Shown: positions 39,180 through 49,156 of the stretch, one piece after another
Numbering within the stretch: position 1 is the first letter of the stretch
Layout: the number at the start of each line of letters is the position of its first letter
Origin: an uncultured Nitrososphaerota archaeon
GTDB lineage: Archaea; Thermoproteota; Nitrososphaeria; Nitrososphaerales; CADDZS01
Assembly (NCBI GenBank): GCA_963799845.1
Contig: CAWCYI010000006.1
Coordinates: forward strand, 722,547 to 786,546
Direction of reading: 5' to 3'
Length of the DNA stretch: 64,000 bases
Program-made: the position numbers and the translations under genes
Notes under the pieces: generated by a model
Seen by the model: the letters and a program-made list of their open reading frames with translations, nothing else
Told to the model about the DNA's origin: nothing
Databases searched by the model: none

Positions 39180-40800
39180 ACGAATGAAGAGACTGTGTGA
39201 GAACTATTTAAAGGCAAATACTTTGGCCGACAGGCCTATCTACGAGTACGCCCTAATGCATGAACGTGAGTAATAGCGGTCACGTGGAGGGTAGTGAGCG
39301 AAGGCAGAGGATACTCCTTCCAGACATGTTGGACGAATACGTAGACGAAGACAATCCAGTCAGGTTCATTGATGCATTTGTAGACAAGCTCAGCCTGAAG
39401 AAGCTCGGATTCAAGCATTCCGTCCCAAGCGAGACTGGAAGACCGTCGTACGACCCCGCAGATCTTCTCAAGCTATACATCTATGGATACCTGAACCAGA
39501 TTCGTTCCAGCAGAAAGCTCGAGCGAGAGTGCAGGAGAAATCTTGAACTCGTCTGGCTCATGAAGAAACTCACTCCGGACTTCAAGACCATATCCGATTT
39601 TCGGAAGAACAACGTAGACTCGATCAAGCCAGTCTTCAAGGAATTCGTCTTTCTTTGCAAGAGCCTTGATCTCTTCGGGCTTGAGCTCGTCGGCATCGAC
39701 GGGAGTAAGTTCAAAGCTGTCAACTCCAAAGACAAGAGCTACTTTAACGAAAGAAAACTCGAGAACAGCTTGAAACTCACGAACGAAAAGATAGAACGCT
39801 ACCTGAAGGAGCTCGAGGAGAATGACAAAAATGACGTTGATGATGATAACGACAAAGAGCAGGAGACTAGGGAGCTCAAAGAGAAGATTGACAAGCTTGA
39901 GGAGAAGCGGAACGAATACATTCGAATACAGAATGAGATGAAGGAGAGCGGAAAGAAAGAGATGACGCTCAACGACCCGGAGAGCAGACTGATGAAGGCT
40001 GGCAGGGGGCTCGACGTGTGCTACAACGTAGAATCTGCCGTCGATTCAAAGTACCACATGGTTTGTGAGTATTATATCACGAATCATCCTAGTGACAAGA
40101 ACGAACTTGCAAATGTTGCAATAGGAGCTATGAAGACACTGGGCGTCGGAAAGCTTGATGCAACCGCAGATAGCGGATTCTTCGACGCGGAGCATATCAG
40201 AGAATGCATCCAAAATGGGATAACTCCGTACGTCACCGAGCAGAAGTCCATCGGGAGTGCGAAGAGGAGAGGCATACCAACGCCGGAATTTTACAAGAGC
40301 GAGTTCTTCTACGACAAAGAAGCAGATGCGTACACTTGTCCCGCGGGAGAGAATCTTTGGTCCATGTACGTAATGGACAAGGGGAAGGGTAAGCGAATGA
40401 GGGTCTACGGGACAACGGCGTGCTCCAACTGCCCATTCTTCCTTACAAAATGTACAGCCGACAGAACTGGCAGGAAGATATACAGAGGACTTCACGAAGA
40501 GCTAATCGAAGAGATGAGGCAAAGAATCAAGGACGACCCTTCCAAAACAAAATTTAGGAAGGAGCTCTGCGAGCATCCGTTTGGTACGATGAAGAGGGCG
40601 TTCAACCAGGGCTACCTTCTTCTCAAAGGATTAAGGAAGGTTGGCGGTGAAGTCGGATTCACCATGCTTGCATATAACATGAGGAGAGCAATCAATGTAC
40701 TCGGAACAAAGGCATTGATAGGATCGCTCGGACTGTAGTCGAGATCCACTAGCCCTCTTTATGAAGTAACATCGAATAGATCTCATCGTGGGAGCGGATC
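39180..40800 (+). mobile_element. IS1182-family insertion sequence (ends approximate)
   Basis: Transposase gene. Terminal inverted repeats were not resolved by eye. Confidence 0.45.
39260..40738 (+). CDS. IS1182-family transposase
   Basis: The N-terminal pattern RFIDAFVDKLSLKKLGF...TGRPSYDPADLLKLYIYGYLNQIRSSRKLERECRRNLELVWL is characteristic of IS1182/IS5-like transposases. 492 aa, with a C-terminal DDE region. Confidence 0.75.
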   Translation: MNVSNSGHVEGSERRQRILLPDMLDEYVDEDNPVRFIDAFVDKLSLKKLGFKHSVPSETGRPSYDPADLLKLYIYGYLNQIRSSRKLERECRRNLELVWLMKKLTPDFKTISDFRKNNVDSIKPVFKEFVFLCKSLDLFGLELVGIDGSKFKAVNSKDKSYFNERKLENSLKLTNEKIERYLKELEENDKNDVDDDNDKEQETRELKEKIDKLEEKRNEYIRIQNEMKESGKKEMTLNDPESRLMKAGRGLDVCYNVESAVDSKYHMVCEYYITNHPSDKNELANVAIGAMKTLGVGKLDATADSGFFDAEHIRECIQNGITPYVTEQKSIGSAKRRGIPTPEFYKSEFFYDKEADAYTCPAGENLWSMYVMDKGKGKRMRVYGTTACSNCPFFLTKCTADRTGRKIYRGLHEELIEEMRQRIKDDPSKTKFRKELCEHPFGTMKRAFNQGYLLLKGLRKVGGEVGFTMLAYNMRRAINVLGTKALIGSLGL

Positions 40801-41340
40801 AAATGAGTTTTAACACAGTCTCTTCATTCGTAGGAGGACGTCACATGAAAACCAGAACTGATAGATGCTGCAAAACTAGATCCACGGGCAGCATAAGTAA
40901 TCCAACTGTTGATTCGGGATAATTGACTGTCTAGTTTTTGGACGACTTGCTTGCTCTAAATTTGTTCTTGAATGCATTTTATTAGGTCAAAAACAGCAGA
41001 GCGGACCATATTCTAAGATTGTAGCTCGATTCCAATATAGCGTTCCTTTTTTTGGCACTTCTTTGATGCCATCTACAAAGAGAGGATTGAAGTTGGGTCG
41101 TGGGGAAAAAGGCTGGATGCCTTCCATACAATCATAGTGAGTCGCCGTGGCTGGACGCAAGCTCGAGGAAAGTTAGCTTGTCGGCCTAAGCGAATAATCT
41201 ATTCAAGAAAGACTCATTTGGTTGTTTTTTCGCTCAAGGTAAGAAGAAATCCACATTGGCCTAGTTTACAATCTGACATAATTGAACGACTTGTTTTCAT
41301 TCAAGGATGCAGTTACTCCTACTTGATAGAAAGGTATAGA

Positions 41341-42117
41341 ATGAAAATGAATAGAACTCTTTTGATTCCGATTTCCGTAACTGTTGTCATAGCACTTATG
41401 CTAGGTGGGATGACTATATTGAGCTCAGCGTCAACAACCGCTGCAAATCTGATGCCGGTGAATCTTGGAACAGCCGGTAATTTCGTAATTTTAGCGAAAT
41501 CAGGAATCTCAACTACTGGAACTACCAAAATTACAGGTAACATTGGTGTGAGCCCAATTGCTGCCACCGCCATAACTGGGTTCGCCTTGAAATTGGATTC
41601 GTCGGGTACGTTTGCGACTTCATCGCTGGTAGTTGGAAAAGTATACGCGGCCAACTATGCGCCTCCTACTCCGGCTATGATGACGACTGCCATTAATAAT
41701 ATGCAGACAGCTTACACCAATGCCGCTGGACGAGTTAATCCAAAGTCTACTAATTTATACGCGGGAGATATTAGCGGGAGAACTCTCACTCCTGGCCTCT
41801 ACAAATGGACAACCGGGGTTATAATAAACACTGGAGTTACTCTCGCCTGCAGTGGCAGTGCAAACGCTGTCTTCATCTTCCAGATAGCAGGAACTCTAAC
41901 CGTGGGCAGCGGTGCTATCGTTACTCTTAGTGGTGGTTGCAAAGCTACCAACATTTTCTGGCAGGTCGCAATGAAAACAATTCTTGGAACAACCTCGAAC
42001 TTTAAGGGGATAATCTTGGATGAAACTGCGATTGTCGTGCAGACCGGGGCAACTCTGACAGGTAGAGCACTAGCGCAGACCGCAGTTACATTAGACGCCA
42101 ACACTGTTGGGCCATAG
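41341..42117 (+). CDS. secreted DUF3494 ice-binding-like (IBP-1 family) protein
   Basis: Signal/TM segment MKMNRTLLIPISVTVVIALMLGG, then the hallmark NLGTAGNFVILAKSGISTTGTTKITGNIGVSPIAATAITGF and a Thr/Gly/Ala-rich beta-helix-like repeat. The ORF track starts at 41137, but the internal Met at 41341 precedes the signal peptide. Confidence 0.7.
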   Translation: MKMNRTLLIPISVTVVIALMLGGMTILSSASTTAANLMPVNLGTAGNFVILAKSGISTTGTTKITGNIGVSPIAATAITGFALKLDSSGTFATSSLVVGKVYAANYAPPTPAMMTTAINNMQTAYTNAAGRVNPKSTNLYAGDISGRTLTPGLYKWTTGVIINTGVTLACSGSANAVFIFQIAGTLTVGSGAIVTLSGGCKATNIFWQVAMKTILGTTSNFKGIILDETAIVVQTGATLTGRALAQTAVTLDANTVGP

Positions 42118-42276
42118 ACCAGTCCCATTGCGCAGTACGATTGGCTAGGTTTTGATCTACCCTTAGATACGTTTGAAAATCAGAAATATTATCGAACATA
42201 AGTACAGCAGTATGTCGATCATATTTGTCGGTTCTGATCACGTATTCACGAGACGTATCCGTAGGTGGTAAAGAAG

Positions 42277-42378
42277 TGGGGTTGTCAGGATTCGGACCTG
42301 AGACCTCCAATGGGTTAGCCTTTGTTATTTGGCTATCCGCCCAAGGGTGGAATGCTAACCAAGCTACACCACAACCCC
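42277..42378 (-). tRNA. tRNA-Pro(UGG) with predicted ~27-nt intron
   Basis: Minus-strand read GGGGTTG/TG/GTGT-AGCTTGGTTA-GCAT/T/CCACC-CTTGGGC... TCAGG-TCCGAAT-CCTGA-CAACCCC-A. It has a 7-bp acceptor stem, D-arm with A14 R15 G18 G19 A21, T-arm, U33 and G37 flanking UGG. The cloverleaf needs about 27 nt removed (ATAGCC...CCCAT) to restore the CCACC/GGTGG anticodon stem. Exact splice sites are unverified. Confidence 0.7.
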
Positions 42379-42472
42379 AATTGTGGATATTTCCTTTCAA
42401 GCGATGGAAAAAGGGAATATTAGTCTTGTCAGAGGTCCGAATTTCTTTCTGAGAAATCTTCCGAGTATCAAA

Positions 42473-43243
42473 TCAGAGTTCTGTCTTTAATCCATCTTCG
42501 GCGACTATGACATTCGCAAATTCTGACAATGCTTCTTTCATCATCAGGCTGGGAGTTTCACGATCATCGTTAACATGAGTCAGGACTAGGTTCTTCGCAT
42601 CTGCCGACCTTGCTGATTGGGCAGCTTCCAGCGCGGTAGAGTGTTTCGGCGGTCTAGCTCGCTCAACGTCCTTTTGAAGAAAAGTCGCTTCGTGAATGAA
42701 AACGTCGGCCTCTCTTCCCAGAGCCTTCAAGGGCAGACAGGGCATGGTGTCGCCCGTGTACGACAAGATCTTCTGATCGGGACAGGTTAACCTGTAGCCC
42801 AAGCAGGGAATCGTGTGATCCATCTCGAAAGTGTCTGCCGAATAACCGGCAAAACTGATTGTCTGATTCGGTACAAGCTCGACAAGTTCGATCTGAAATT
42901 CCCGCTTCGAAGCGACCTTTGTTATCCTCTGGACCATCCCGAAATATTCTGCTAGTCCGGCAGGCCCATAAACTCTGAGATTCGTCTTCCTTTTCCTTAT
43001 TCCCATCGTTTCAATTATCTGCGTAATCCCTGTAACGTGGTCGGAGTGATAATGGGAGACCAGAATGTCGGAAATTGAATTAACGTCCGCGCCAAACTTC
43101 AGCAGGTTTCTTATCGCTCCGTCGCCGCAGTCGAGCAACACGAGTTCCTTAGTCTGGCTTTCAGAGAGACCAATGCACGCAAAGCCCCTCTCACGGCTCG
43201 GGACTGCCGATGATGTCCCGTAGAAGGTAACAGACGAGACCAA
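42473..43243 (-). CDS. MBL-fold metallo-hydrolase, RNase Z-like
   Basis: N-terminal FYGTSSAVPSRERGFACIGL, HYHSDH (HxHxDH) and a downstream His/Asp pattern. It is adjacent to the tRNA gene. Confidence 0.65.
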   Translation of the reverse strand: MVSSVTFYGTSSAVPSRERGFACIGLSESQTKELVLLDCGDGAIRNLLKFGADVNSISDILVSHYHSDHVTGITQIIETMGIRKRKTNLRVYGPAGLAEYFGMVQRITKVASKREFQIELVELVPNQTISFAGYSADTFEMDHTIPCLGYRLTCPDQKILSYTGDTMPCLPLKALGREADVFIHEATFLQKDVERARPPKHSTALEAAQSARSADAKNLVLTHVNDDRETPSLMMKEALSEFANVIVAEDGLKTEL

Positions 43244-43297
43244 AGTTTTCCGGGATCACATTCGAAATTAGCACGTAAAAAAGGAACTGCCGGGAAT

Positions 43298-43711
43298 CTA
43301 CTTTTTCGGTTTCTCTTTGCTCCGATTTTCAATCAGCCCGTCGTTGGTCAGGGAATATTTGTTCGCCTTCGCCCAGAGCCGGATGAGATCTATCGAAAGT
43401 AACGCATCTTCGCCAATAAGCACGCGATCCTGCTTTTGGAGCTCCTCGTCAAATCTCGCCTCCATGAAGGTCGTGCCGTTGATCTCCTCGGTTGTTATCG
43501 GGCGGTTCAACGTTTTTGAAAACATAGCAAAATCGATCATTTTCTTGGATTTGCTGACCAAGATTTTCAGCGAAATTATGTCTCCCGCCTCAATGCTGAT
43601 TTCGTTTTCAGTCACAGGAACGACGATCAGGGAGCTGCCGAGCAGCCTTCTTCGTAAGTAGTCGAAGAGGCCGACGCTGTTGGGATCGATAACCTCATCG
43701 GGGCTCGCCAA
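43298..43711 (-). CDS. hypothetical protein
   Basis: 137 aa ORF upstream of the RNase Z-like gene on the same strand. No motif recognised. Confidence 0.4.
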   Translation of the reverse strand: MASPDEVIDPNSVGLFDYLRRRLLGSSLIVVPVTENEISIEAGDIISLKILVSKSKKMIDFAMFSKTLNRPITTEEINGTTFMEARFDEELQKQDRVLIGEDALLSIDLIRLWAKANKYSLTNDGLIENRSKEKPKK

Positions 43712-43845
43712 AGGAAAACATACTCCCCAACAAAACTGACGCCAGATAGCAACTTTGACTGCGTTATAATAGTGTCTGAGAGCGGTTTTCGAAAATTGTG
43801 AACGGCGGAGGTGCTTGTTACAGCAGTAGAGTTTAGTAAGATACC

Positions 43846-44583
43846 CTAGTTCTTCCCGTTCATGGAAGCGATTTTGGCGGGAAGGCTCTGCTTCTCTTCA
43901 GGAGAATGATTGTGATTTTCCTGTTTTGTTTCCGGCTTTGTCTGGGCCTGAAGGACAGTAACAGGGGCAAAGTCCTTTTTCCACAAAGTATCTGGAACGC
44001 CCTGCGCCTTGTTTGCAAACCTCGCCAGGGTGAAAAGAAAATCGGAGAGCCTGTTTGTGTACGCCAGAATATTAGCATCAACTGGTTCTTCGGCGGACAA
44101 AGCGACTATGCTTCTCTCGGCACGTCTCGCAACCGTTCTTGCGAGGTGCAACCTGGCTGCAAGATCCGTCCCGTACGGAAGAATGAACGCCTTTATCGGC
44201 TGGACGTGCTCGTCCATGTGATCGATGCATTTCTCTAGATATTCGAGATCGGAATCCTTTATCGAATAATTCTGGTCTTCGGTACCAGCGAGCGTCGCGC
44301 CCAGGGAAAAGAGCTTGTTTTGGACCGTCTCCAAGACTTGGTCGATGTAACTCAAAATCTCTCTGGAGCCAGATGATCCTTCGACTATGTACGACCTGGC
44401 GATCCCTATCGCTGCATTTGTCTCATCGATATCTCCGTAAGCACGGACTCGAACATTATCCTTCCGTACTCTCTTGCCTCCATAGAGGCCTGTTTCACCC
44501 TTGTCTCCAGTTTTTGTGTAGATTTTCAATACATTATCAGTTCTTTCTTGGAAAGACAAACGACCTGTCATTCGAAGATGCAT
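43846..44583 (-). CDS. PduO-type ATP:cob(I)alamin adenosyltransferase with C-terminal extension
   Basis: IYTKTGDKGETGLYGGKRVRKDNVRVRAYGDIDETNAAIG matches the PduO/MMAB family. Confidence 0.8.
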   Translation of the reverse strand: MHLRMTGRLSFQERTDNVLKIYTKTGDKGETGLYGGKRVRKDNVRVRAYGDIDETNAAIGIARSYIVEGSSGSREILSYIDQVLETVQNKLFSLGATLAGTEDQNYSIKDSDLEYLEKCIDHMDEHVQPIKAFILPYGTDLAARLHLARTVARRAERSIVALSAEEPVDANILAYTNRLSDFLFTLARFANKAQGVPDTLWKKDFAPVTVLQAQTKPETKQENHNHSPEEKQSLPAKIASMNGKN

Positions 44584-44780
44584 ATTGGCTTTGTGTAGCG
44601 CGAATCAATAGACGATGGAACTTTTTCTGTAAAAACATCTTCTGGTGGAGTCATCTGCGCTTTTTTGGTAAGATCGATTCGAATTTTACCAGTATCTAAA
44701 TTTTTTTCAGTATACGGAGTAAGAGCTTTCATCTGAAAATAAATAGCTCGGGAATATCACGGATGTTGTGAGGTTCAATT

Positions 44781-46427
44781 TTGAGCAGTGAGAGCTGGGG
44801 GTTAGACTCCCAGAATCGTCTGAAGATAAAGAGAGCTTTGCTTTCCGTCTACGACAAGACCGGGCTGGCAGAGTTCGGAACCGCCCTGAAAAATCACGGC
44901 GTCGAGATCGTTGCAACCGGGGGTACGCAGGCATCCCTTGAAAAGTCTGGTATCAAGACCGTTCCGCTGGAAAAAATCGGGCACTTTCCCGAAATGCTCG
45001 ACGGCAGAGTAAAAACTCTCCAACCCGAGATTTTTGCGGGCATCCTTGCGAGAAAATCCAGTTCCGACCACATGAAACATATCTCATCTCACGGGATCTC
45101 TCCGCTTGACATGGTCGTTTGCAACTTCTACGCCTTCGAGTCTGCGGCGGAGAAGGCAAATTCCACCGAGCAGGAGCTGATCGAGTTGATCGATATCGGC
45201 GGTCCGTCTCTTGTCAGGGCATCGGCGAAGAACTTCGAATCGGTCTGCGTTGTGCCCTCGGCCAAATACTACGGGGAGATTCAATCCGAGCTCGATTCCT
45301 CCAGCGGATCAATCTCCTACGAGACTAGACGAAAGATGGCGCTCGCTTCTTTTGAGATTGTCTCGGCTTACGACTGCGCAATTTACACTACTTTGAGCAA
45401 GCGGATGTATCCCCAAAAGTCGTTCTCCGACTCTTTCTTCGTCTCTGCGAGAGGTTTCGAGGTGCCGAAGTACGGAGAGAACCCTGATCAAAAAGCGATG
45501 ATCTACGCGATCAACGGTGCGAAGGGAGGAATTCCCGAATGGAATCAAGTTTTTGGAGATACCCGTTCGTACAACAACCAGCTCGACGTCGCCTCTTCCT
45601 TCGAGATTCTGGAGGGATTCGAGGACTTTCCGGCTGCCGCGACCGTGAAACACGGTCAAATCTCGGGGTTTGCGTACTCTACCACGCTGTCAGACGCATA
45701 CCGTCTTGCGCATGCATGCGACCCAGAGGCGGATTTTGGTAACACTACAGTATTCAATAGACGCATCGATGTAGAAACGGCAAAGCTCGTCGGAAAGAAC
45801 GAAGGTACTGACGATGATTCCGTTTACACGGAGATCGTGCTGGCCCCCGGCTTCGAGGAGGAAGCCCTCGAGATTCTAAAAGCCAAGCAGAAAAAGAAGA
45901 TGCGCCTAATTCAAACAACCGTCGGTTCATCGTATCCGTACGACGTCAAGATAATTCAGGGTCTGACTCTTGTTCAGGAAGCTCCCGATTATCGAAAGAA
46001 ACTAGATCCGACCAAAGTCACAACGGAGACGAAAGCAAAACCAACCGAAAAAGATGTAGCTGTATTGCTCGGATTGTGGGAGTTAGCGAGAAGAGTCGAA
46101 TCCAACGCCATCGTCATTGGAAGCGGAGAAGTCTCACCAGAAAACGGCAGCCTCAGAAAACTCTGGACACTTGGCGTCGGGAGTTTCAGGAAGCGCAACG
46201 GGGCGACGAAAATTGCCCTCGATAATGCCGGCGACAGAGCCCGGGGAGCGTACTGCGCTTCAGATGGGTTCTTCCCATTTCCGGACAGCGTCGAGATGCT
46301 GGGAAACTCCAGTGTGCGCGCCATAATTCAGCCCGGTGGATCCATCAGCGACAGGAAAGTAATCGAAATGTCGGACAAGTTTTCCATCCCGATGCTGTTC
46401 ACGCATGAAAGAGCATTCAAGCATTGA
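44781..46427 (+). CDS. purH: bifunctional AICAR transformylase/IMP cyclohydrolase PurH
   Basis: MGS-like domain KRALLSVYDKTGLAEFGTAL...ATGGT...FPEMLDGRVKTLQPEIFAGIL, then the AICARFT domain. 548 aa. Confidence 0.85.
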   Translation: MSSESWGLDSQNRLKIKRALLSVYDKTGLAEFGTALKNHGVEIVATGGTQASLEKSGIKTVPLEKIGHFPEMLDGRVKTLQPEIFAGILARKSSSDHMKHISSHGISPLDMVVCNFYAFESAAEKANSTEQELIELIDIGGPSLVRASAKNFESVCVVPSAKYYGEIQSELDSSSGSISYETRRKMALASFEIVSAYDCAIYTTLSKRMYPQKSFSDSFFVSARGFEVPKYGENPDQKAMIYAINGAKGGIPEWNQVFGDTRSYNNQLDVASSFEILEGFEDFPAAATVKHGQISGFAYSTTLSDAYRLAHACDPEADFGNTTVFNRRIDVETAKLVGKNEGTDDDSVYTEIVLAPGFEEEALEILKAKQKKKMRLIQTTVGSSYPYDVKIIQGLTLVQEAPDYRKKLDPTKVTTETKAKPTEKDVAVLLGLWELARRVESNAIVIGSGEVSPENGSLRKLWTLGVGSFRKRNGATKIALDNAGDRARGAYCASDGFFPFPDSVEMLGNSSVRAIIQPGGSISDRKVIEMSDKFSIPMLFTHERAFKH

Positions 46428-46882
46428 AACTTTCGAAAGAGCAGGCCGAATATCTTCGCAAGGGAAGGGTGGGAAGGCTCGCCACCATTGACGAAACCAA
46501 TTCGGCTCATCTTGTCCCAATAGTCTATACCTGCATCGGAGACAGGATCTACTTTGTGGTTGACAGAAAAAAGAAACAATCGGGAAAGGCACTCAAGCGA
46601 ATCCGAAACATTTCTGAAAATGAAAAAGCGACTCTGTTAATCGACAATTACTCCGAGGACTGGGACGAGCTCTCATACATGATGATTTACTGCCGGGCTG
46701 CAATAATCGGGCCGGGAGAGAGATATCGGGAAAAGCAGGCTGCCGCGAGAAAATTGAAGGAGAAGTACGTCCAGTATGTAAAAGATGATTATTTTCCAGA
46801 TGATATTGACAAAGCAGTTTTTGTCAAGCTGGAGCCTCAGAAAGCGATATTTTGGCGGAATTTGCGTCATTCTGTAGCCTAA
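46424..46882 (+). CDS. PPOX-class (pyridoxamine 5'-phosphate oxidase-like) probable F420-dependent oxidoreductase
   Basis: RVGRLATIDETNSAHLVPIVYT...IYFVVDRKK...KALKRIRNISENEKATLLID is typical of the F420-dependent PPOX class. Its start overlaps the purH stop by 4 nt. Confidence 0.65.
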   Translation: MKLSKEQAEYLRKGRVGRLATIDETNSAHLVPIVYTCIGDRIYFVVDRKKKQSGKALKRIRNISENEKATLLIDNYSEDWDELSYMMIYCRAAIIGPGERYREKQAAARKLKEKYVQYVKDDYFPDDIDKAVFVKLEPQKAIFWRNLRHSVA

Positions 46883-46916
46883 TATAACATACCAGAATCA
46901 ACCCACCCTGAGAACT

Positions 46917-47777
46917 ATGAGCGTTGCTCAGACAAAGAGTTATGCGCATCCAGAAGTCCTAGTCGACACAACCTGGGTAAGAGATCACCATAACGATCCG
47001 AACGTGCGGATTGCCGAGGTTGACTACGATCCGACCGCAAATTACAATCAGGGCCACATTCCAAATGCCATACTGTTTGATTGGAAGAAAGACATCAACG
47101 AGCCTGTAAGGAGAGACATTTTGAGCCAGTCTCAGCTCGAAGACTTGTTCAGCCGAAACGGAATTTCCAATAGCACCACACTGATTCTCTATGGAGATTT
47201 CAACAACTGGTTTGCTGCGTTTGCCTTCTGGGTCTTCAAGTATTACGGCGTGAAAGACGTCAGGTTGATGAACGGCGGCCGAAAAAAGTGGATTGAGGAA
47301 GACAAGGAGCTGACAAAGGATGTACCTTTAACTCAAAGATCTGACTACAAAGTTTCAAGGCCCGATGAATCCGTCCGAGTCTATCTCGATGACGTCAGAA
47401 AGGCGATCTCGGCTGGCAATGTCGCTCTGGTTGACGTTCGCAGTCCCAAAGAATATTCCGGCGAAATACTAGCTCCACCCGAGTACCCTACCGAGCACGC
47501 CCAGAGAGGCGGGCATATCCCCGGTGCTAAGAACATCCCCTGGGCGCAGGCAGTGAAAGACGATGGAACGTTCAAGACTGTCGAAGAACTCGAAAACCTC
47601 TACAAGCCAAAGGGCGTCACTCCGGACAAGGAGGTCATCGCATACTGCAGGATTGGCGAGAGGTCTTCGCACTCGTGGTTTGTATTGAAGTACCTTCTAG
47701 GATACCCTGACGTCAGAAACTACGATGGTTCCTGGACTGAATGGGGAAATCTGGTTCGCTCGCCTATCGAAAAATAG
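46917..47777 (+). CDS. thiosulfate/3-mercaptopyruvate sulfurtransferase (tandem rhodanese domains)
   Basis: Two rhodanese domains with the active-site loop CRIGERSSHSW in the C-terminal one. Confidence 0.85.
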   Translation: MSVAQTKSYAHPEVLVDTTWVRDHHNDPNVRIAEVDYDPTANYNQGHIPNAILFDWKKDINEPVRRDILSQSQLEDLFSRNGISNSTTLILYGDFNNWFAAFAFWVFKYYGVKDVRLMNGGRKKWIEEDKELTKDVPLTQRSDYKVSRPDESVRVYLDDVRKAISAGNVALVDVRSPKEYSGEILAPPEYPTEHAQRGGHIPGAKNIPWAQAVKDDGTFKTVEELENLYKPKGVTPDKEVIAYCRIGERSSHSWFVLKYLLGYPDVRNYDGSWTEWGNLVRSPIEK

Positions 47778-48933
47778 ATTTTCCGAATTGCTCAAATCAC
47801 ATTTACCTCCTCCAAGGTTATGAGTCCCCTGTCCCCAACAATCTCTTTTACGTTCGTGAGAATCGGCAGAATCTTCTCTGGTTAACACTGTAACAATTAT
47901 TGAAAACTGACTATTGGAGAGATATCCAAGTTGGTTTCCGAGCGTTGCGACAATTGTTCCCACAGTTAGTCCTGTGCTGAAAAGCATCGTTGAAAATATC
48001 GGAGCCTCTGGAATCCACTTTTTGCAAAGTGCATAAACTCCGACGAATTTTGAGCCTAGTTTAGTCCCCAACAAGCCCAAGACTAGCAGGATATTTGCAA
48101 TAACTACAGGAAGAGCAATTAACATTCCAGCCCGTATGAAAAAGGCTGGGGCAAGAAGAGTGAATGTGACTGTCCTCATTTTCGAGAGAATTTCCTGATG
48201 TTCCTGAATTGAATTTGCAAAAATCAAACCCAGCACAAAGGCACCAAAAACTGAATGCAGGTCTGCTTGGTCTGCAAAGAAGGAAATCGCAAGCAATATT
48301 GCGAGGACGAATCTGAGTTCTAATTCGACTGCTCTTTTTCCGAAATTACGAATAACATTTCTCAGTAATCTTGGAACTATTGGAATGAGAGCAATCAGCA
48401 CAACGAAGAAAGCAATTGTATAAAGGTCGAATGTCGTCTGGATGAAATTTATTCCAATCAGAGTAAGGATATCGTTTACAAAAGTTACGGCGATTATCGT
48501 TTTTTGCGGTTGGGGTCTTGATAATTTCGTATTCTGACAAGACAGCATATACTACGGCAACGGACGTAGTAGTTAGAGCTAGACCACCTGCTAGTCTTGC
48601 ATCCCAAGTCCAATTTGTGAAAACTGTAAGAAATCCAATTATTCCTATAAGGGGAGCGACAAACGCCATCGTCCCGATTCCGAAGCTTTGCTTCGCCTGC
48701 TTACGCAGAAGGATGAACTCGACTTCTGAACCTGCAAGAAATGTAAGAACCAGTCCGCCAAACGTCCCAAGAAAATCGAGCCACGGAGCAATAGATAATC
48801 CTAGGAGGTTTGCGAGGATTACACCCGCCGCAACTTCAAAGATTGAGGAGGAAATTCTTGACCTTATTCCGATTATTCCTGCAACGACTACTGCTATCGC
48901 AACTAGTGCTGGTAAATACAGGCTTACTGTCAT
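47697..48933 (-). CDS. CPA2-family cation:proton antiporter (KefB/NapA-like) with apparent frameshift near 48500-48546
   Basis: The N-terminal TM region (ORF 48346..48933, ILANLLGLSIAPWLDF...TFLAGSEVEF) and the remaining TM region (ORF 47697..48548) are in different frames and overlap around a T6 run at 48503-48508. The C-terminal tail overlaps the rhodanese 3' end by 81 nt. Confidence 0.65.
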
Positions 48934-49156
48934 ACGGTTTTCTCATGCTCGCCATTTTCGAATTACCTTGGTAGAGACTATTGGCTCATCTTTTTCGATG
49001 AGCGGTTAACGGCGAGCCTCACCGCCTGACAATTAAATGGGTTCAAAAACATCTATATGATTTTGCCGGTGCATTCGGTCAAAAAACTCTGGGTCGAACG
49101 AAACTAGTATCTATGACTTTGGCCCATTTTTCATAATTTTAGAGGACTGCCCGGAC

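Noticed and set aside
41137-41340. In-frame 68-codon 5' extension of the ice-binding-like ORF
   Set aside because: The extension is basic and non-hydrophobic, and it precedes an obvious signal peptide that begins at the Met at 41341.
42200-42300. Direct repeat of the tRNA-Pro 3' end marking an att site for an integrated element
   Set aside because: Only 7-nt partial matches, such as GATTCGG at about 40915, were found by eye. This is insufficient, and a proper alignment is needed.
47697-47777. 81-nt overlap of the antiporter C-terminal tail with the convergent rhodanese gene
   Set aside because: It could indicate a further undetected indel moving the true antiporter stop upstream. A hydrophilic tail is also plausible for CPA2 proteins, so this was not called.
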